64,000 bases of DNA from Podarcis liolepis (lineage: Eukaryota), in NCBI GenBank assembly GCA_965112155.1, contig OZ218098.1; one strand, written 5' to 3'. Under the pieces are notes generated by a model that did not search any database, was not told the DNA's origin, and worked only from the letters and a program-made list of their open reading frames with translations. Positions 51,525-64,000 of this stretch are shown piece by piece; the first letter of the stretch is position 1; each line of letters starts with the position of its first letter. A program made the position numbers and the translations under genes.

Positions 51525-52674
51525 CTCTATATTGCCTGATCAGGACAGCGGTAGGCCATTTTTGAATTGTGCAGCAAAACAGAGCTATAGAAGTGAGCTC
51601 CCTTTTGAAGAGCTAAGGACATTAGCAGCAGGAGCATCAAAACTGCAACGTTGACCCTGAGAGATCTTTATGACAGGGGAGCCAGCTGTTTCTTGCCAGA
51701 GCCCAGTGCCAGCCAAGCTAAAGAATAACACTGACCTCAACTCTTCCATGTCCAGCCTCAGAGCCAGAGGATGAGGTATTAAGCTTGGCATTCAACAGTG
51801 ACTGATGTTGAGGTGAGGGCAAGGGAGAGTGTAGGGAACGGCAGCCCACATCTGCAAGCAAAGAACCCTTTGAGCAGGCCCCAAAATGGACAAAGATCTG
51901 CTTTGGGAATTGGAGAGGGGAGGGAACAGGCAGCATCCTTTCAAAGGACACCAGAATGCTTGGGCTATGATATCACATCGGGGAAGAGAATTTCATTGAA
52001 AGAAAAAATAATACAAGTTAGAAGAAGAAAGAAGACACAGTTGTTGTGAACATACCAGTGGGCACATATCCTGGGCAGGAGGGAGCCAGTTGGGCATTCC
52101 TGCCTTGGGGGGAGGGTTAGGTAGAAGCGCCTGAACTAGAAACACTGAGAGGGGAAGGGGAAACATTTTACACAGGGAGTAGAAGGAAATGGGGGAGAAA
52201 AATGCCAGGAATGTGAGCTTGGGAGGTGAGAGTTATTACACAGAGACTACTTGGAAAATGGAGCCACAGAGCTCTAGGGGGGCATAGCATTGGGCATCAG
52301 TGGCTGAAAACAGGAGGAATGGAATATGAGCTGGAACCCCAAAGAACTTTGCTCTGGGTATTTTCTGTAAAACTCTGCTTTTAGAAGTGAGTCTTGGCTT
52401 CCCTACAGAAGTCCTGCTTTTTTTCATTGTGGCAGCAGCCAGTGGTTTTTACTGAATCTTCATTGACCTCAGGCAACAGTGCCCAGCTGGCGGCCCAGAC
52501 AGCCCCCCTCTGTGATAGCACAGCCATACATTGCAGGCTGGGCAGCCTAGTAGCCAATGGAGGAGAAAGAAGAGGAGGCAATGACATCCTCAGGGGCTCT
52601 GGAAGAGTGGGTGAAAACATCCTGCACTGGACTGCCAAACATCCATTGCTTCTCTCTTCCTCTCTCTCTCTCAG

Positions 52675-52834
52675 GACCTGATGACCCAGAATGGGATAAG
52701 CTATGTCCTCAACGCCAGCAACTCCTGTCCCAAGCCAGATTTCATATGTGACAGTCACTTCATGCGCATTCCAGTCAATGACAATTACTGTGAGAAGCTT
52801 CTACCCTGGCTGGACAAGTCCATTGAATTCATTG
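52675..52834 (+). CDS. DUSP8: DUSP8 coding exon (phosphatase domain)
   Basis: (ct)n-cag acceptor, g|gtaaga donor; 160 bp; DLMTQNGISYVLNASNSCPKPDFICDSHFMRIPVNDNYCEKLLPWLDKSIEFI. Confidence 0.96.
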
Positions 52835-53851
52835 GTAAGACTGCGGATCAACCATATTTGGGGGAGTTCATTACTTCTTCTGGGCTGTAACCTTGGTTGC
52901 TGCAAAAGGCATCTGGGCAATAGTTCCTGGGTGGTTCAATTTCCCCCCATGCACATGCACAGACTTCTGGTTTTTGTTTTTTGTTTAACTCTGATGTGTT
53001 CAAAACACTCAGTCTGCCCTTGGGAGGCACACTTTCTCCCTTTGTACAAAACAACCATCCTGTCCCCAGACAACAAAGCTACCAAGACCGTTGTAAACCC
53101 ATAGCATCACCTGAGGAATAGCTAACACCACTTGGGAGAACAGTTGCTGCTACAGAAATGTCTCTTGCTCTATGAAGGTGCTTTTCTTTATCAACAACAA
53201 CTATGCTCTTTCTGGTTCCAGAGATGATTGATTAAATGAGACTGGGAGTTCAAATAGTAAATTTATTCCTATCAAATAGAGAGGGTGGGGGAAATACCCC
53301 CAAAAAGTCTCTTTAAAGCATTGCATATACTAGTGAATGGTGTTTTGTTTTGTTTGTTTGTTTTAAAAAAGAATAATAATCTGGTGCTTTATTAGCAACC
53401 CATTGCAGGCCAGGAAGTCCCTCCACTATTTCTCATCAGATAAAACAGCAACATTATTGACAAGCCAAGAAGCCAAATAAACAAGTCATGGTTTTCTAGC
53501 TTCCACTTCTTGGTTGCACATATTTGACTTACTTAAACCATTTAGATTTGTGTTTTTCCTCTTTATTTACTCTTCCAATTTTGGTAAAAAGCGTCTTCCT
53601 TCAGAGCCATTTCCAGAGAGGTAGCTGTGTTAGCATGCAACAGGAAAAACAACCAAGACACTTGTGGCACCTTAAAAGACTGACAGATTTATTACGTTCA
53701 AGCTTTGGTGAAGGGGATTCTGGTCCACAAAAGCTTATGCTGACATAAATTTGTGAGCCTTCAAGGCACTGCAAGTCTCTTTGTTGTTCAGAACAACTTA
53801 GATAGTAGAGTCCCAGAATATTGACCTGAAGGCTGTTTTCTCCTGCTGCAG

Positions 53852-53975
53852 ACAAGGCCAAGGTGTCCAGCTGCCAGGTGATCGTTCACTGCTTGGCAGG
53901 GATCTCCCGATCGGCCACCATTGCCATTGCATACATCATGAAGACCATGGGAATGTCTTCAGATGATGCCTACAG
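53852..53975 (+). CDS. DUSP8: DUSP8 coding exon containing the catalytic HCxxGxSRS motif
   Basis: ctgcag acceptor, ag|gtaggt donor; 124 bp; (D)KAKVSSCQVIVHCLAGISRSATIAIAYIMKTMGMSSDDAY(R); catalytic Cys codon at 53890-53892. Confidence 0.97.
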
Positions 53976-54809
53976 GTAGGTTGCCTTCTGAAAGAGAGGC
54001 ACTAATGTTTTTCTTTGCATTTGACTTTGGGGTGTGGCTTTTTTGTTTTTTAAGTGGTGCTGTTTATCATGAAGCATACTTACAGTGTGTCTCGCTCAAG
54101 AGTACTGGCTAATAAGCATGAAAGAACATAGTGCCATATACATTATAGGGTTGATTCCAATCATAGTCCTACCAGGAGTAAATCCATGGAAATCAATGGA
54201 CGTGACTATCTCAGGTCCATTAACTTCAGTAGGTCTAGTCTGATAATACCTTAATTAGATACCTCCCATAATCTACCTGTGCTGTGTTTTCAGTTACTCG
54301 TTTGCCAGTTTCTTCAGTGTAAGCTAACAGGCTGGTTTGCATGACTGTCAGGCTTGTAGTTGCCACTTGAATCTCATCTGCAGGTTGGCTCCCAGCCTGT
54401 TGCCAGCTGGTCCCCATGCATGTGCCAGCAGGCTCACAGCAGACATAAGTGTTTAGCTGTTAGTGGCAACATGCAAAAAAAGAAGAAAAAGAAAGAAAAG
54501 AAGCACCTTGGTGTGACATGTGGCAGTGGCAGTATGGGGACAAGGAGCCAACATCCACAGACAGATCCTATGGCTACTGCCGTGAGTCTGAAGGTTGTCC
54601 AAAATGACCATTACATAAACAAGGAGTGATCTTTAAAGCGTCACATTACACTCCTACTCCTTGATGTCCCAGGGCGTGTGGGGGAAACAGATCCAGCCGA
54701 TTTCCAGTGCTGCATTGAATCATACAATTTTTGCAGCGCCCCGCACCCAAATCCTTAGAAGTAAGAAAGGGCCCAGTAACAACTGCAGCTGTCTTGTTTG
54801 CCCCAACAG

Positions 54810-55923
54810 GTTTGTAAAAGACCGGCGTCCCTCCATCTCGCCCAACTTCAACTTCCTGGGCCAGCTCCTAGAGTATGAGAGAAGCCTGAAGCGGCTCAAG
54901 GCTCTGAAGGCCCAAGGGGAGAAGGGCAAAGGGGAATCCCAGCAAGACCAGCCAGAAGCCCCTGAAGGCTGCAGGCACCAGATTCTGTCTACCTCAGAAA
55001 AGGCTGAGGAGCTTTTCAGAAGCACAACCTCGGAGACCTCCTCGCTTGACTCCGAGAAGCCAGCGGGAGTCTCCAAGGTTGTCTCGCCTACAGCACTGCA
55101 GCAAGGGCTCCGTGGCCTCCACTTGTCTTCAGAGCGCATCCAAGACACCAACCGGCTGAAGCGTTCCTTCTCCCTGGACATCAAGTCAGCCTACACCCCT
55201 AGCCGGAGGCAGCAGGATCCCCCAGGTCCAACAGAGGCAGGAGAAACCCCCAAGCTGTGCAAGCTGGACAGCCCATCAGGTCCCAACGGCACATGCCAGT
55301 TCTCCCCTGTCCCAGACAGCCCGGACTGGCCCAGCGGGCCCGACTTCCTCCTCGAGGCCAAAGTACGGCAGAGACGGAAGCACAGGCACCAAGCCGGCTC
55401 CCCTGCCCACGGGCTGAGCCTTAACTTCAGTGGGGTGTGCGCCATGCACAAGAGCGCCAGCGTGGAGGACAGCCTCAAGCAGACCCTTCGGGCGGGCCTC
55501 CCCGGTGTGGGGCAGCAGCCGACCGCCACCCCGGCCCCCACTGGCACTTGGGGGGTGCACTTGGAGTCCCCCGGCACCCCTTCCTCCGAAAACCCCTGGT
55601 ACTTCAGCACAGACTCGGCGGCGGGCGGCAAAGGCAGCGGGAGCGGGGCTCTGTTTGCCGGCACGGCCACCTACTCCTCGTTCAGCTGCAGCACAATCCA
55701 GGCGAGCTGCGAGATCAGGCTGAGGGACAAGCAGCGGGGCGAGGCGCGGGACGTGCGGCACAGCTGGCACGAGGACACCGCGGCCGAGAAGCAGTTCAAG
55801 CGCAGGAGCTGCCAGATGGAGTTCGAGGAGACCCTCTCGGAGAGCAGGTCTCGGGAAGACCTGGGCAAAATCAGCAAACAGTCTAGCTTTTCGGGCAGCA
55901 TGGAAATCATTGAGGTGTCCTGA
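54810..55923 (+). CDS. DUSP8: DUSP8 terminal coding exon (end of catalytic domain plus long Ser/Pro-rich C-terminal tail)
   Basis: ccccaacag acceptor; FVKDRRPSISPNFNFLGQLLEYERSLK...LQQGLRGLHLSS...NRLKRSFSLDIKSAY...PKLCKLDSPSG...QFKRRSCQMEFEE...SFSGSMEIIEVS-TGA; the GLRGLHLSS and PKLCKLDSP motifs match DUSP8 better than DUSP16. Confidence 0.96.
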
Positions 55924-57032
55924 CACTCACCTTGTGAGATCTGAGAGCAAGTTGCGTGTGCATCAGTGGTTGGGTGGGGAGTGGGAAGGCTGGCGAGATA
56001 TTTAAGTAGGGAGAGGGAAGGGGGAGGGGAGGGTATTATTTATATGCCTGTGTGCGTTTCCAAAGGGCACACATGCTGAAGCAAGGCAAAGCTAAATGAA
56101 TCCAAAGTCAAGAAACATAATGGTGCATGCTTGGTGCCCTCCCCTTTATCTTCCTACCTCCACCACCAAGGCAAAACCACACCGCATTCCCTTTTTTGGC
56201 TGGTGGAGGGTGTATTAACTCTTTAAAGCCTGGATTCCTTCCTTTCGCATGTAGTGCTCTCTCTGCCCACCCGCCCGCCCCCCCCCCAAACATGGCAGGG
56301 GGAAGGGGAGAGCTGAGGTGTAACTTCAAAGGTGGGGTGAAAGAGAAACAGGGGAGATATTAACATTGTAAAGACTTCCACTGATGTAAAAGCTTTTTTT
56401 TTTCCTTGAAAGAAGATTATTGTTGTTTGATCTGCAGGTTTGCAGTGGGGGAAGTCTAAAGGGAAGCAGGTTCTTTTCTTGTGAAAGTACAATAGCAACT
56501 GTTGATATTACCCACCCACTCCCATTACAGGGGGAGAGCTTCCCTCCCGTTCCATCAGGGTTGGACCTTATCTGTGGGTGGCTCCTACCCAGATTGGGCT
56601 GCAGAAACCTGGAGGGGCTAAATTTCAATAGCTTCCCTAGGTGTGTGTCCCCCTTCCCATACTGAGCATGCTCCTCTTGTGTTTCTCTGGCTAGAATTCT
56701 TAAATGCTGCACTGCGGCAGCCCTATACATATATAAATATATATTATATATAATATAAGAGAGAGAGAAACACAAAGAAAAAAGTTTAAATGGTTTTACT
56801 ACAGTTTTTATTGAGACAAATAATATTTCAACTTTTCTTTTTAATTTATTTGAAGCTGTTCATTCTGGCAATGATTTTCAGACAATGTAGGGGCGGTACT
56901 TATCAGCTCTATTTTTACTGTGTATGGTATTTAAATCTGAAACACGAGTTTCAAAGCAATATCCTAGGCCTGCGGCTCCTTCTGTAACTCACGTCAGTGA
57001 CGCAGACACCCCAAAAAGTGGGATGAGAAATC

Positions 57033-57096
<64 letters not shown>

Positions 57097-59830
57097 CATG
57101 TGCGTGCACTTTTATTTAAAAAGAAAAGTGAGAAAATGTTCAACACAAACTGAGCCAGGAATCCTTCTTAATGCTTCTTTACTTCCTACACCTGTCGCAT
57201 CTGCAATCAAAGCCATAAAACCTTTCTCTTCCTGGGTCTGGGTGGAGTATCACGGGGTTCCTTTATAAGAGAAGGAGAGTCCTGTTCTAAAGTCAGGAAG
57301 GGTCATCAAGAGAGCTTGATGAGTATTGGGTTTTCTTTTTAATTTTCTCTCTAGAGGAAATGTATTGGAGCTGGGGGTTAAATTCCCAGAGGATGAGTCC
57401 CTTTCCAGCAGTCCAGGATATCGCCCAGATGAATGATGGTGACAATAGGCCATTCCCTACCCTTCCAAAGGAGGGTGGATTATGGCGAATGGCCATTCAG
57501 ATGCTGCTCTTTTCAAACAGTGTTCAACCCAGTCTCCATCAGGTTTTGTGGAAGGGGTTAGGGAGATGCTTGATGCCTAAAACCTTGGCAATGGATGGCT
57601 TTAGCCAGCTGAATGCATTCTGTTATTGTGGTACTAGAGGGGGGGAAATCATTGAAGGTTCTTAGGGATCCATTCCACAGTAAGGAAGTGTCCACTTACT
57701 GCTGCAAGCAGGAATTTCTTCCCAGCTTCAGTTCTCCATCATAAATTTGTGCCTACTCTGAAGTACATGTTCACTTTCTATCAGGGAGCTGCTGCCATAC
57801 AGAGACTTCATAACGAATGCAAATCATCCAATGACAAAACAGTCCAAAGACAAATATATAAACCAGTAAAAGACCAAACTGAACAGCCTTTTGAGAAAGG
57901 AAGTTCTAGGAAAGATAGAAAGTATTTCAGCTGTAGTGCAAAGGACCCACTGATCCATTCCCAGCTCTCCCACCTTCAGCAGTCATCTTCCAACTGATGC
58001 GTTCACAAGGAGATTAGCTTGGCTATAGAACCTATTTGTCTTATCATTGAGAAATCATGTTCATTGGCTGTGATATTACCCACAAAAGAAACCTAGTCCT
58101 GAGATCCCCACCGGCATACTTCATGGGGGAATGGTTGGCTGTAAGAAATCCTCCTGCACAGGATTTCTTTTCCTTTTTTCAGAGATAGGGAAGAAAGATT
58201 CTCCCGACACCTTTCTAAAGATATACACCAAAAGACAGAGAAGAGGACAGGGTTAACCCAGGGTATTTTGACCCTTGAAATGGATAATCCATATCTTCCC
58301 ACCTCATCCCAGTGGTAAAAAGTATAAGAATAAAGTACACCACTTATGTCACTCTTTAATGGCAGAAATCTCCTGCCCGAAGTGGCTGCTTCGTTCCGTT
58401 TCATATTGGGGCTGGCCCTGGATGAGGATGAGCTGGAGTCTGTTCCCCCTAGTTGAACTAAGGCAGCCTTGCCCACCCTAGGGTTCCCAGGTCTTGTTGG
58501 GATGATGAGAGATGTAATCCAACAACACCTGGGGTCAGGGGAAGGCTGAACCTAAGAGCAGGTTGAAACATGGTGGTCTTTTTTTGTGTAGTTGCTAGGA
58601 AGATTGCAGTGCAGTGAAGGCTCTCTACAGAGGTGGTAACATTTGTAAATCACCAACTGTGCAGATGGGCCCAATCGCATGGAGAGTCGATCCCCAGCGA
58701 ATCACGTTCATGGTTGCCATCTGTCCATGTGATTGGACTGATCTGTGTGGTATGTAGCTGTGAAATATTACCATTCTTGCACAATGCTGCTGCACGAAGT
58801 ATTTTTTGGAGGCCACATTGTTCGCATTGGTCTCTTGTTCTGCTCCAAGTGATGGCCTCAGCAGTACGGTCACTCCAACCCACAAGGCAAAGGTCCAGGT
58901 TCCAGCAGGTACTAAGCTGGCAAGGCAAGGTCTAGGTTCTGGCAAGACGAGAGCTCCCTGGACAGCAGGCTGGAGACTCAGAGCAGAGCTCAGATGTTGT
59001 CTCGGCACTATTCAGCCTCATGCTGAACCTTATATAGGAGCTGCAGCTCTGTTTAACCAACTCTTCTTTGGGTGAGAGGATTCTCATTTAAAGGGGCCCT
59101 TCCTGCTTTGACAGGCAATGGATCCAATGGAGTTAGGGAGACTCTAGTTGCATGAGGGCTTCTAGAGTCCATGGAGTCAGAGGAGGGCACTGTGATCATC
59201 TTGGGCCAAAAAGGTGCTGGAACAACGGGCTTCTGCTGCACCAGTGTTTCTGGTTAGTGTGGACATTTGCAGCTGACCAAGGGTCGATCCCTCTCACATT
59301 CTGAATATTTGGCCTCATCCCCCAAAGTTTGGGAGTCTGACCCTGGGGGCTTGAGCAGGAGAATGAGTTAGCAAATCAGTAGAGTGTTGATAATTCAGCT
59401 AATAGGGCAAAGGTTCCCAGTCAAAAACACAAAAGTGGGAGGGAAGAACATTTTCACTCTTTGGCCACACTGGTCTTCTTCCCTTTTGAGGAGTAGCAAC
59501 ACATTCCCCCAACAGCTCCTGGCAGAGGCACTGCAATGCTGCTTCCTTCTTTTGGAACACAGGCCTAGAGCCATCTCTCTTAAAGCCGAAAGCACATTTT
59601 TCTCTTTGTGTAACTGATTTTGCATTTGCTCCTTTCTTATCACATGCTGGTTTTTTGAGCCAATACCTCAGGGTTGTTTGTGTAGCTTTTAAATGAGAAA
59701 AAAAATTATTTGAGATAAAAGCAACTTCATTTCTTTTCCCATTTTCTTTCTTGTTGAAATGTGATTTTTTTACAAAAATAAAAAATCCTACACAAGACAA
59801 AAAATAAATAAAAATCTCAGGTTCAGAGCT
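55924..59830 (+). other. DUSP8: Probable DUSP8 3' UTR
   Basis: Follows the stop codon; AU-rich blocks at ~56700-56960 and ~59590-59810; clustered AATAAA at 59777 and 59803-59812; 3' end is inferred. Confidence 0.5.
57033..57092. repeat. Compound (TG)n(AG)n microsatellite
   Basis: Read directly. Confidence 0.98.
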
Positions 59831-60262
59831 TACCAACACAAACCACAGGGAGCAGCAATATGATGTTTTCATCAGATTGTCTGTTTCCTGACTGTAACAA
59901 TTGCTGTCTGTACTCTACCAAGACATAAGGTAGAGACCTCATGATACTTATTTTACCAAAATATTTTCATATTAGATGCTGCAAGCTCAGAAGTGATCCG
60001 ACTGACCTGCATAGTATTTTGAAAGTATCTTGACAGAGTAGTGGGGGCTGGCGGAAGTGGAATAGGGTAAACATGGGTTACCTAGGTTGAGAATTTCTTT
60101 TTGATCCCTCTTCACATCTTCAACCATAATTTAATGTATCTGGGTGCTTAATGTATATTGATGCTTTCAGATGCTTTAAGTTCAGAATCCTCATTTCCTC
60201 CAGTAGATTGCATCCAAAGGGTGGATTAACCCTTTAGCAGCATGAAACTCCATGTTTTAAAC

Positions 60263-60372
60263 CAGTGTTTCTCAAACTTTGGTCCCCAGCTGTTGTTGGA
60301 CTTCAACTCCCATCATCCCTGACCGCTGGTCCTGCTAGCTAGGGATGATGGGGACCCAAATTTGAGAAACAC
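60263..60372. mobile_element. Palindromic hAT (Charlie-like) MITE
   Basis: CAGTGTTTCTCAAA...TTTGAGAAACACT ends; same core as 36375. Confidence 0.8.
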
Positions 60373-61598
60373 TTAATCCTGTGCCTCTTTTCCTGTGGGA
60401 CCAACAGGAGAATAGCATTCAGACATGCAGGTGATCAGAGCAGATATTGCTGCAGGGCAGAACAGTTCATAATGGAGCCCTGCTTTCATAAATGGTAAGC
60501 AGTAGACATGAAGGATGAAATCTATAAGGCTGTTAAGCAATCCAGTCTTCAGCAGTCACTCCGCAGCATCTCTGCTTTTCACAACTAAATTGCTGTCCTA
60601 GGTTGGTTGTTGTTGTTTTTGCAAAAAGTCCACAAGGAATTAAAAACAGTCACTTGGAAAGTTCACAGATCATTGGCACTGCAGTGTTCAGCATGTCCCT
60701 TGGGAATATTTACAGGGATGACCTGGAAAATCCTATCTCTTTTCAATGTCGGCTGCCATCTTTGCTGTGACACAATGTGCTACTTGCATTCTGTGAATAC
60801 CAAGGGCCCTTGAGATCTGTTCTGTGTTACAAGTGTAGCAGTGTTTGGTGCAGAAAATACCACAAGGACAAATTCGTGACAGCTACCGAACACTTGAAAT
60901 TTATACAAAAGTGCTGCAGTCCATTCTGCCAGACGGAAACTTTCTCAATTCACAATCTGATTTCAGCCAGTGCTGCAAAGTCAATCCTTACAGTATATTT
61001 TAGCAACTAATAGCATCAGTGGGGAAGGACAAAAAGGAATGGTTGCTTGCTCTGAAGAGCTGCCACCTGCTGTCATTTCAGAGCAATCACTCCTCCAGAA
61101 TGAAAAGATGGGGAAGAATATGTGGGTATTCAGGCTAGCATTCCCAGCAAGCTACAAAATTGCCAACAATTCCCTTCAGCAGGAAAAAAAATGGGCCAAT
61201 CTGAGTGGGGGGAGGAATTTTTAGGACAATTGGTGGAGATTGAGGTGAAAATCTGGGGATTTTCTCAAATGAAGAGAATATCAGGAAAAGAAGGGCAATT
61301 TAAAATGGTGAAAGACACAGTCTTAATCTTCACCCTTCTTATGAAAATCAAATTTGCATTTTCTATTTCCTTTCTAACCTTGTTAGAAGCCATATTTGGG
61401 CTATTTTCTATAGCCCTATGTGGAATGTAACCTGCAGGAAATAATCTACCATTGCCTTCTATTGAAAACATCAGAAGAATGCCATTATGCTTGTCTTAGT
61501 TGAACTCAAAAGGCATCTTTGTCTTGTCTTTATTGGGATCAGGTTAAGCCCACAGGTGACCTAGAACAGCTTTTCCTAAAAATATTAGCTGTTTAACT

Positions 61599-61776
61599 AA
61601 GGGTTGCCATATTTCAAAAAATGAAAATCCAGCTACAAAAGTTGTTGAGCTTCTTTTGCTAAATTTCAAGCTTTTTTTAAGGAAATTCACCAAAATCTAC
61701 ATGCCCAACATGGGCTGCCATATGGCCGGCCAAATCCCAGCTATGTCTGGAAAATTCTGGACGTATGGCAACCCTA
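61599..61776. mobile_element. hAT (Tip100-like) MITE
   Basis: TIR AGGGTTGCCATA / TATGGCAACCCT; TSD GTTTAACT / GTTGAACT. Confidence 0.8.
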
Positions 61777-62694
61777 GTTGAACTCGCCAATTCTTGTCAA
61801 CTAGGAAATTGCTCCAGGGGACCTCCGACTCCAATTCTAATCTGATGTTCATGCTTCAACTACACAGTTATCTGCCACAGAATTATTGCCAACTCAGTAG
61901 CAGCATGCGGGAGAACCAAAGCCCCCATGTGGTAACTCAGAAGTAGGAATCTAGGGACTGCAAATAGGTTCTGCTCACGGACAATCAGAATTATATGAAA
62001 ACATTTGATTTGCTGTGAGACAAGTGTCTTCCGGGATGCAAATAAGGTCTTTAAGATTTATCGAAAAGGTAAGGCAAAACAAAACAACCACCCTCAGACA
62101 CAACAACCTGGCCTTGCGTACGATGCCAATGAAATATCCCAGGAACCTTTAAAAAAATTCCTCATAAATCCAAGCTCTAGTGTTTGTGGGACAATGCAGT
62201 CTCATTGAGTTCGTAATGCAAATCTTGAAGTCCAGGACCAACCTTACCATGAGGCAGTTTGCTTTCATGGCAGATTCTGGAGAAGTATCTTTTTCCTGCC
62301 TCTTAACCCTCAAGCTTAAAAAACAAAAAGTGGTGGAGATGTGCTCACTTGAGGTGCAAAACACTAAGGCTGGCACCACCCAGGTCTATGGTGAATTTCT
62401 GACTTGCAGCACCTTCTCTTTGCAACAGCAACAAAAATAGGTTGAGTTTCCCTCCCGCTTTGTATGTCTGTGCTATGTTTCTTTGACCCTCCCCCTCTTT
62501 TCTCATCTGCGCTCTCTGGTTTTATTTATTTTTCCTTTTCCCTGTGTTTCTTCTTGTAGCCATATGCTCTTGTTCTGTCTCCTCTCCTGGATGCCATCCC
62601 TTTAAAAGGAGGTATTTTCTGCCTTCCTCCTGATCCTAATGCTAATGATAAGCTATCAATGTTGTAATTGCAATGTATGAATTATAGATTTAAG

Positions 62695-62697
<3 letters not shown>

Positions 62698-62737
<40 letters not shown>
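62698..62737. repeat. (TTA)n microsatellite
   Basis: Read directly. Confidence 0.98.
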
Positions 62738-63056
62738 GTAATTTTACTTCTATGTACGTTGATCTTTGTTTCTCTGTTGTGAGTATATGCAGAACTTTTC
62801 CATCTCCAACTGCCCTTTTGCCTTCCCTGACTCCTTGTATGTAGTGGCTGGTCAGTACTATGGCACATCAGGTCGTTAGATGTCGTAAGGAGGAACAGAT
62901 CAGTTCTTGTGGAGTTTGGAAAGGTGTGGAGTAGCTATCTCTATTCCATGGAAGTTTCTAGGGAGCAACAGAAGAGTTCCAAAATGATTTCAAATTATTA
63001 AGTAGTACTTTAGAAGATACAGAATCAACATATTCCACATTTTCTTTATCCTAGAG

Positions 63057-63192
63057 CAGTGATGGGCAAACGTGGCCCTCCAGCTGTTTTGGGACTACAA
63101 TTCCCATCATCCCTAGCTAACAGGACCAGTGGTCAGGGATGACGGGAATTGTAGTCCCAAAACAGCTGGCAGGCCAAGTTTGACCATCACTG
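63057..63192. mobile_element. Palindromic hAT MITE
   Basis: TIR CAGTGATGG; perfect TSD TCCTAGAG at 63049-63056 and 63193-63200. Confidence 0.9.
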
Positions 63193-64000
63193 TCCTAGAG
63201 CTTGTCTGCACTGCAAAAAACGTTTCAGTGCAATGTCTTCCCAAACCCTAACCCCCCCCACAAGTAGCCCTAAGAATTATAGTGCAATGACCACATTTCA
63301 GTAATCCAGATTTCTCCCTAGAGATATAAAAAACAAACAAACCTGCATCTGTGCCCAATGATGAAGTGTTTAGTTTCCAAATCCTATCATAAGAACTCTG
63401 AGTTTGACGGCACTGTGCTCTAGAATTTTCAGCCACCTCAAGAACTGGGATTACGTTAGTCCAAACAGACCGGAAGAGATTTAAATGCTTATGATTTACT
63501 TAGAAGTAAGGATATTTCCACACAAGAATCTTAAAGGAGTTCTTGCTTCAGTTGCTTTGTTATGCTAACGCAAAATTCTCCCTCTTCCACTTTAATAGTG
63601 ATCAGAGATTCACATCACTAATGAGAAAGTTCAAAGGTGAATTAAGATTAAATTATTACTGGAATTATTGTCCTAGTAAAACTAAAACCACAATATAATT
63701 TATACAAAGTTCCAGGTCATGAACAAGTCTCCAAAACACCCCGATAAATGTGCTGAGGCCTGTTCCTGTATGAGAAAGAACTGTCCATGTTCCGTCACAA
63801 ATTTCTCAAGGAATTTAGGATGACAGAAACTATCAGGCACAACTCCTGTGTGTTTAGGTATCATCTGGTGACTCATGTCTCAACATTCCCATATTGCTAA
63901 ACACATTTTCCTTCCCGGCATTGGAAAGAAATGTCAGTATTACTGAAAACTCCAGTGAACAAAAAGACTTATTTGCCTCCTGTAAAAACACCTCTGTGCC

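Noticed and set aside
54661-54809. N-terminal extension of the 420-aa ORF
   Set aside because: Intronic read-through; DUSP8 similarity starts at the acceptor at 54810
12633-55923. Assignment to DUSP16
   Set aside because: Exon peptides (DSFLSILL, KDVLNKDLMTQNGISYVLNASNSCPKPDFI, GMSSDDAYR) and C-terminal motifs match recalled DUSP8 better
54720-55926. Several long antisense or alternate-frame ORFs over the last DUSP8 exon
   Set aside because: Expected shadows of GC-rich coding sequence; no recognisable motifs
198-63436. Remaining short ORFs (60-160 aa) as genes; repeated MITE motifs as a CRISPR-like array
   Set aside because: ORFs are random or TE-derived in eukaryotic intronic DNA; the repeats are dispersed with TIRs and TSDs, not repeat-spacer arrays

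Overview
Vertebrate genomic DNA, most likely a lacertid lizard (Sauria SINE, squamate CR1/L2/L1 fragments, many hAT and Tc1/mariner MITEs). The window holds the last five coding exons of DUSP8 on the + strand (12633-12771, 50909-51075, 52675-52834, 53852-53975, 54810-55923); the ATG exon was not found and is probably upstream. The main discovery lies in the ~38 kb intron: two unrelated non-autonomous hAT-type DNA transposons, ~3 kb apart, each with TIRs and a perfect 8-bp target-site duplication. Each carries CpG-rich 5' sequence apparently captured from another gene. Element A (44037-46401) carries a TAL1/SCL N-terminal coding fragment and has a young L1 inserted in it. Element B (49414-50552) carries promoter-like sequence, 5'UTR and the dimerisation/docking-domain codons of PKA RII (PRKAR2A-like), antisense to DUSP8. 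This resembles a Pack-MULE-like gene-capture system run by hAT elements in a reptile. Gene and repeat identities come from recalled sequences, not database searches.
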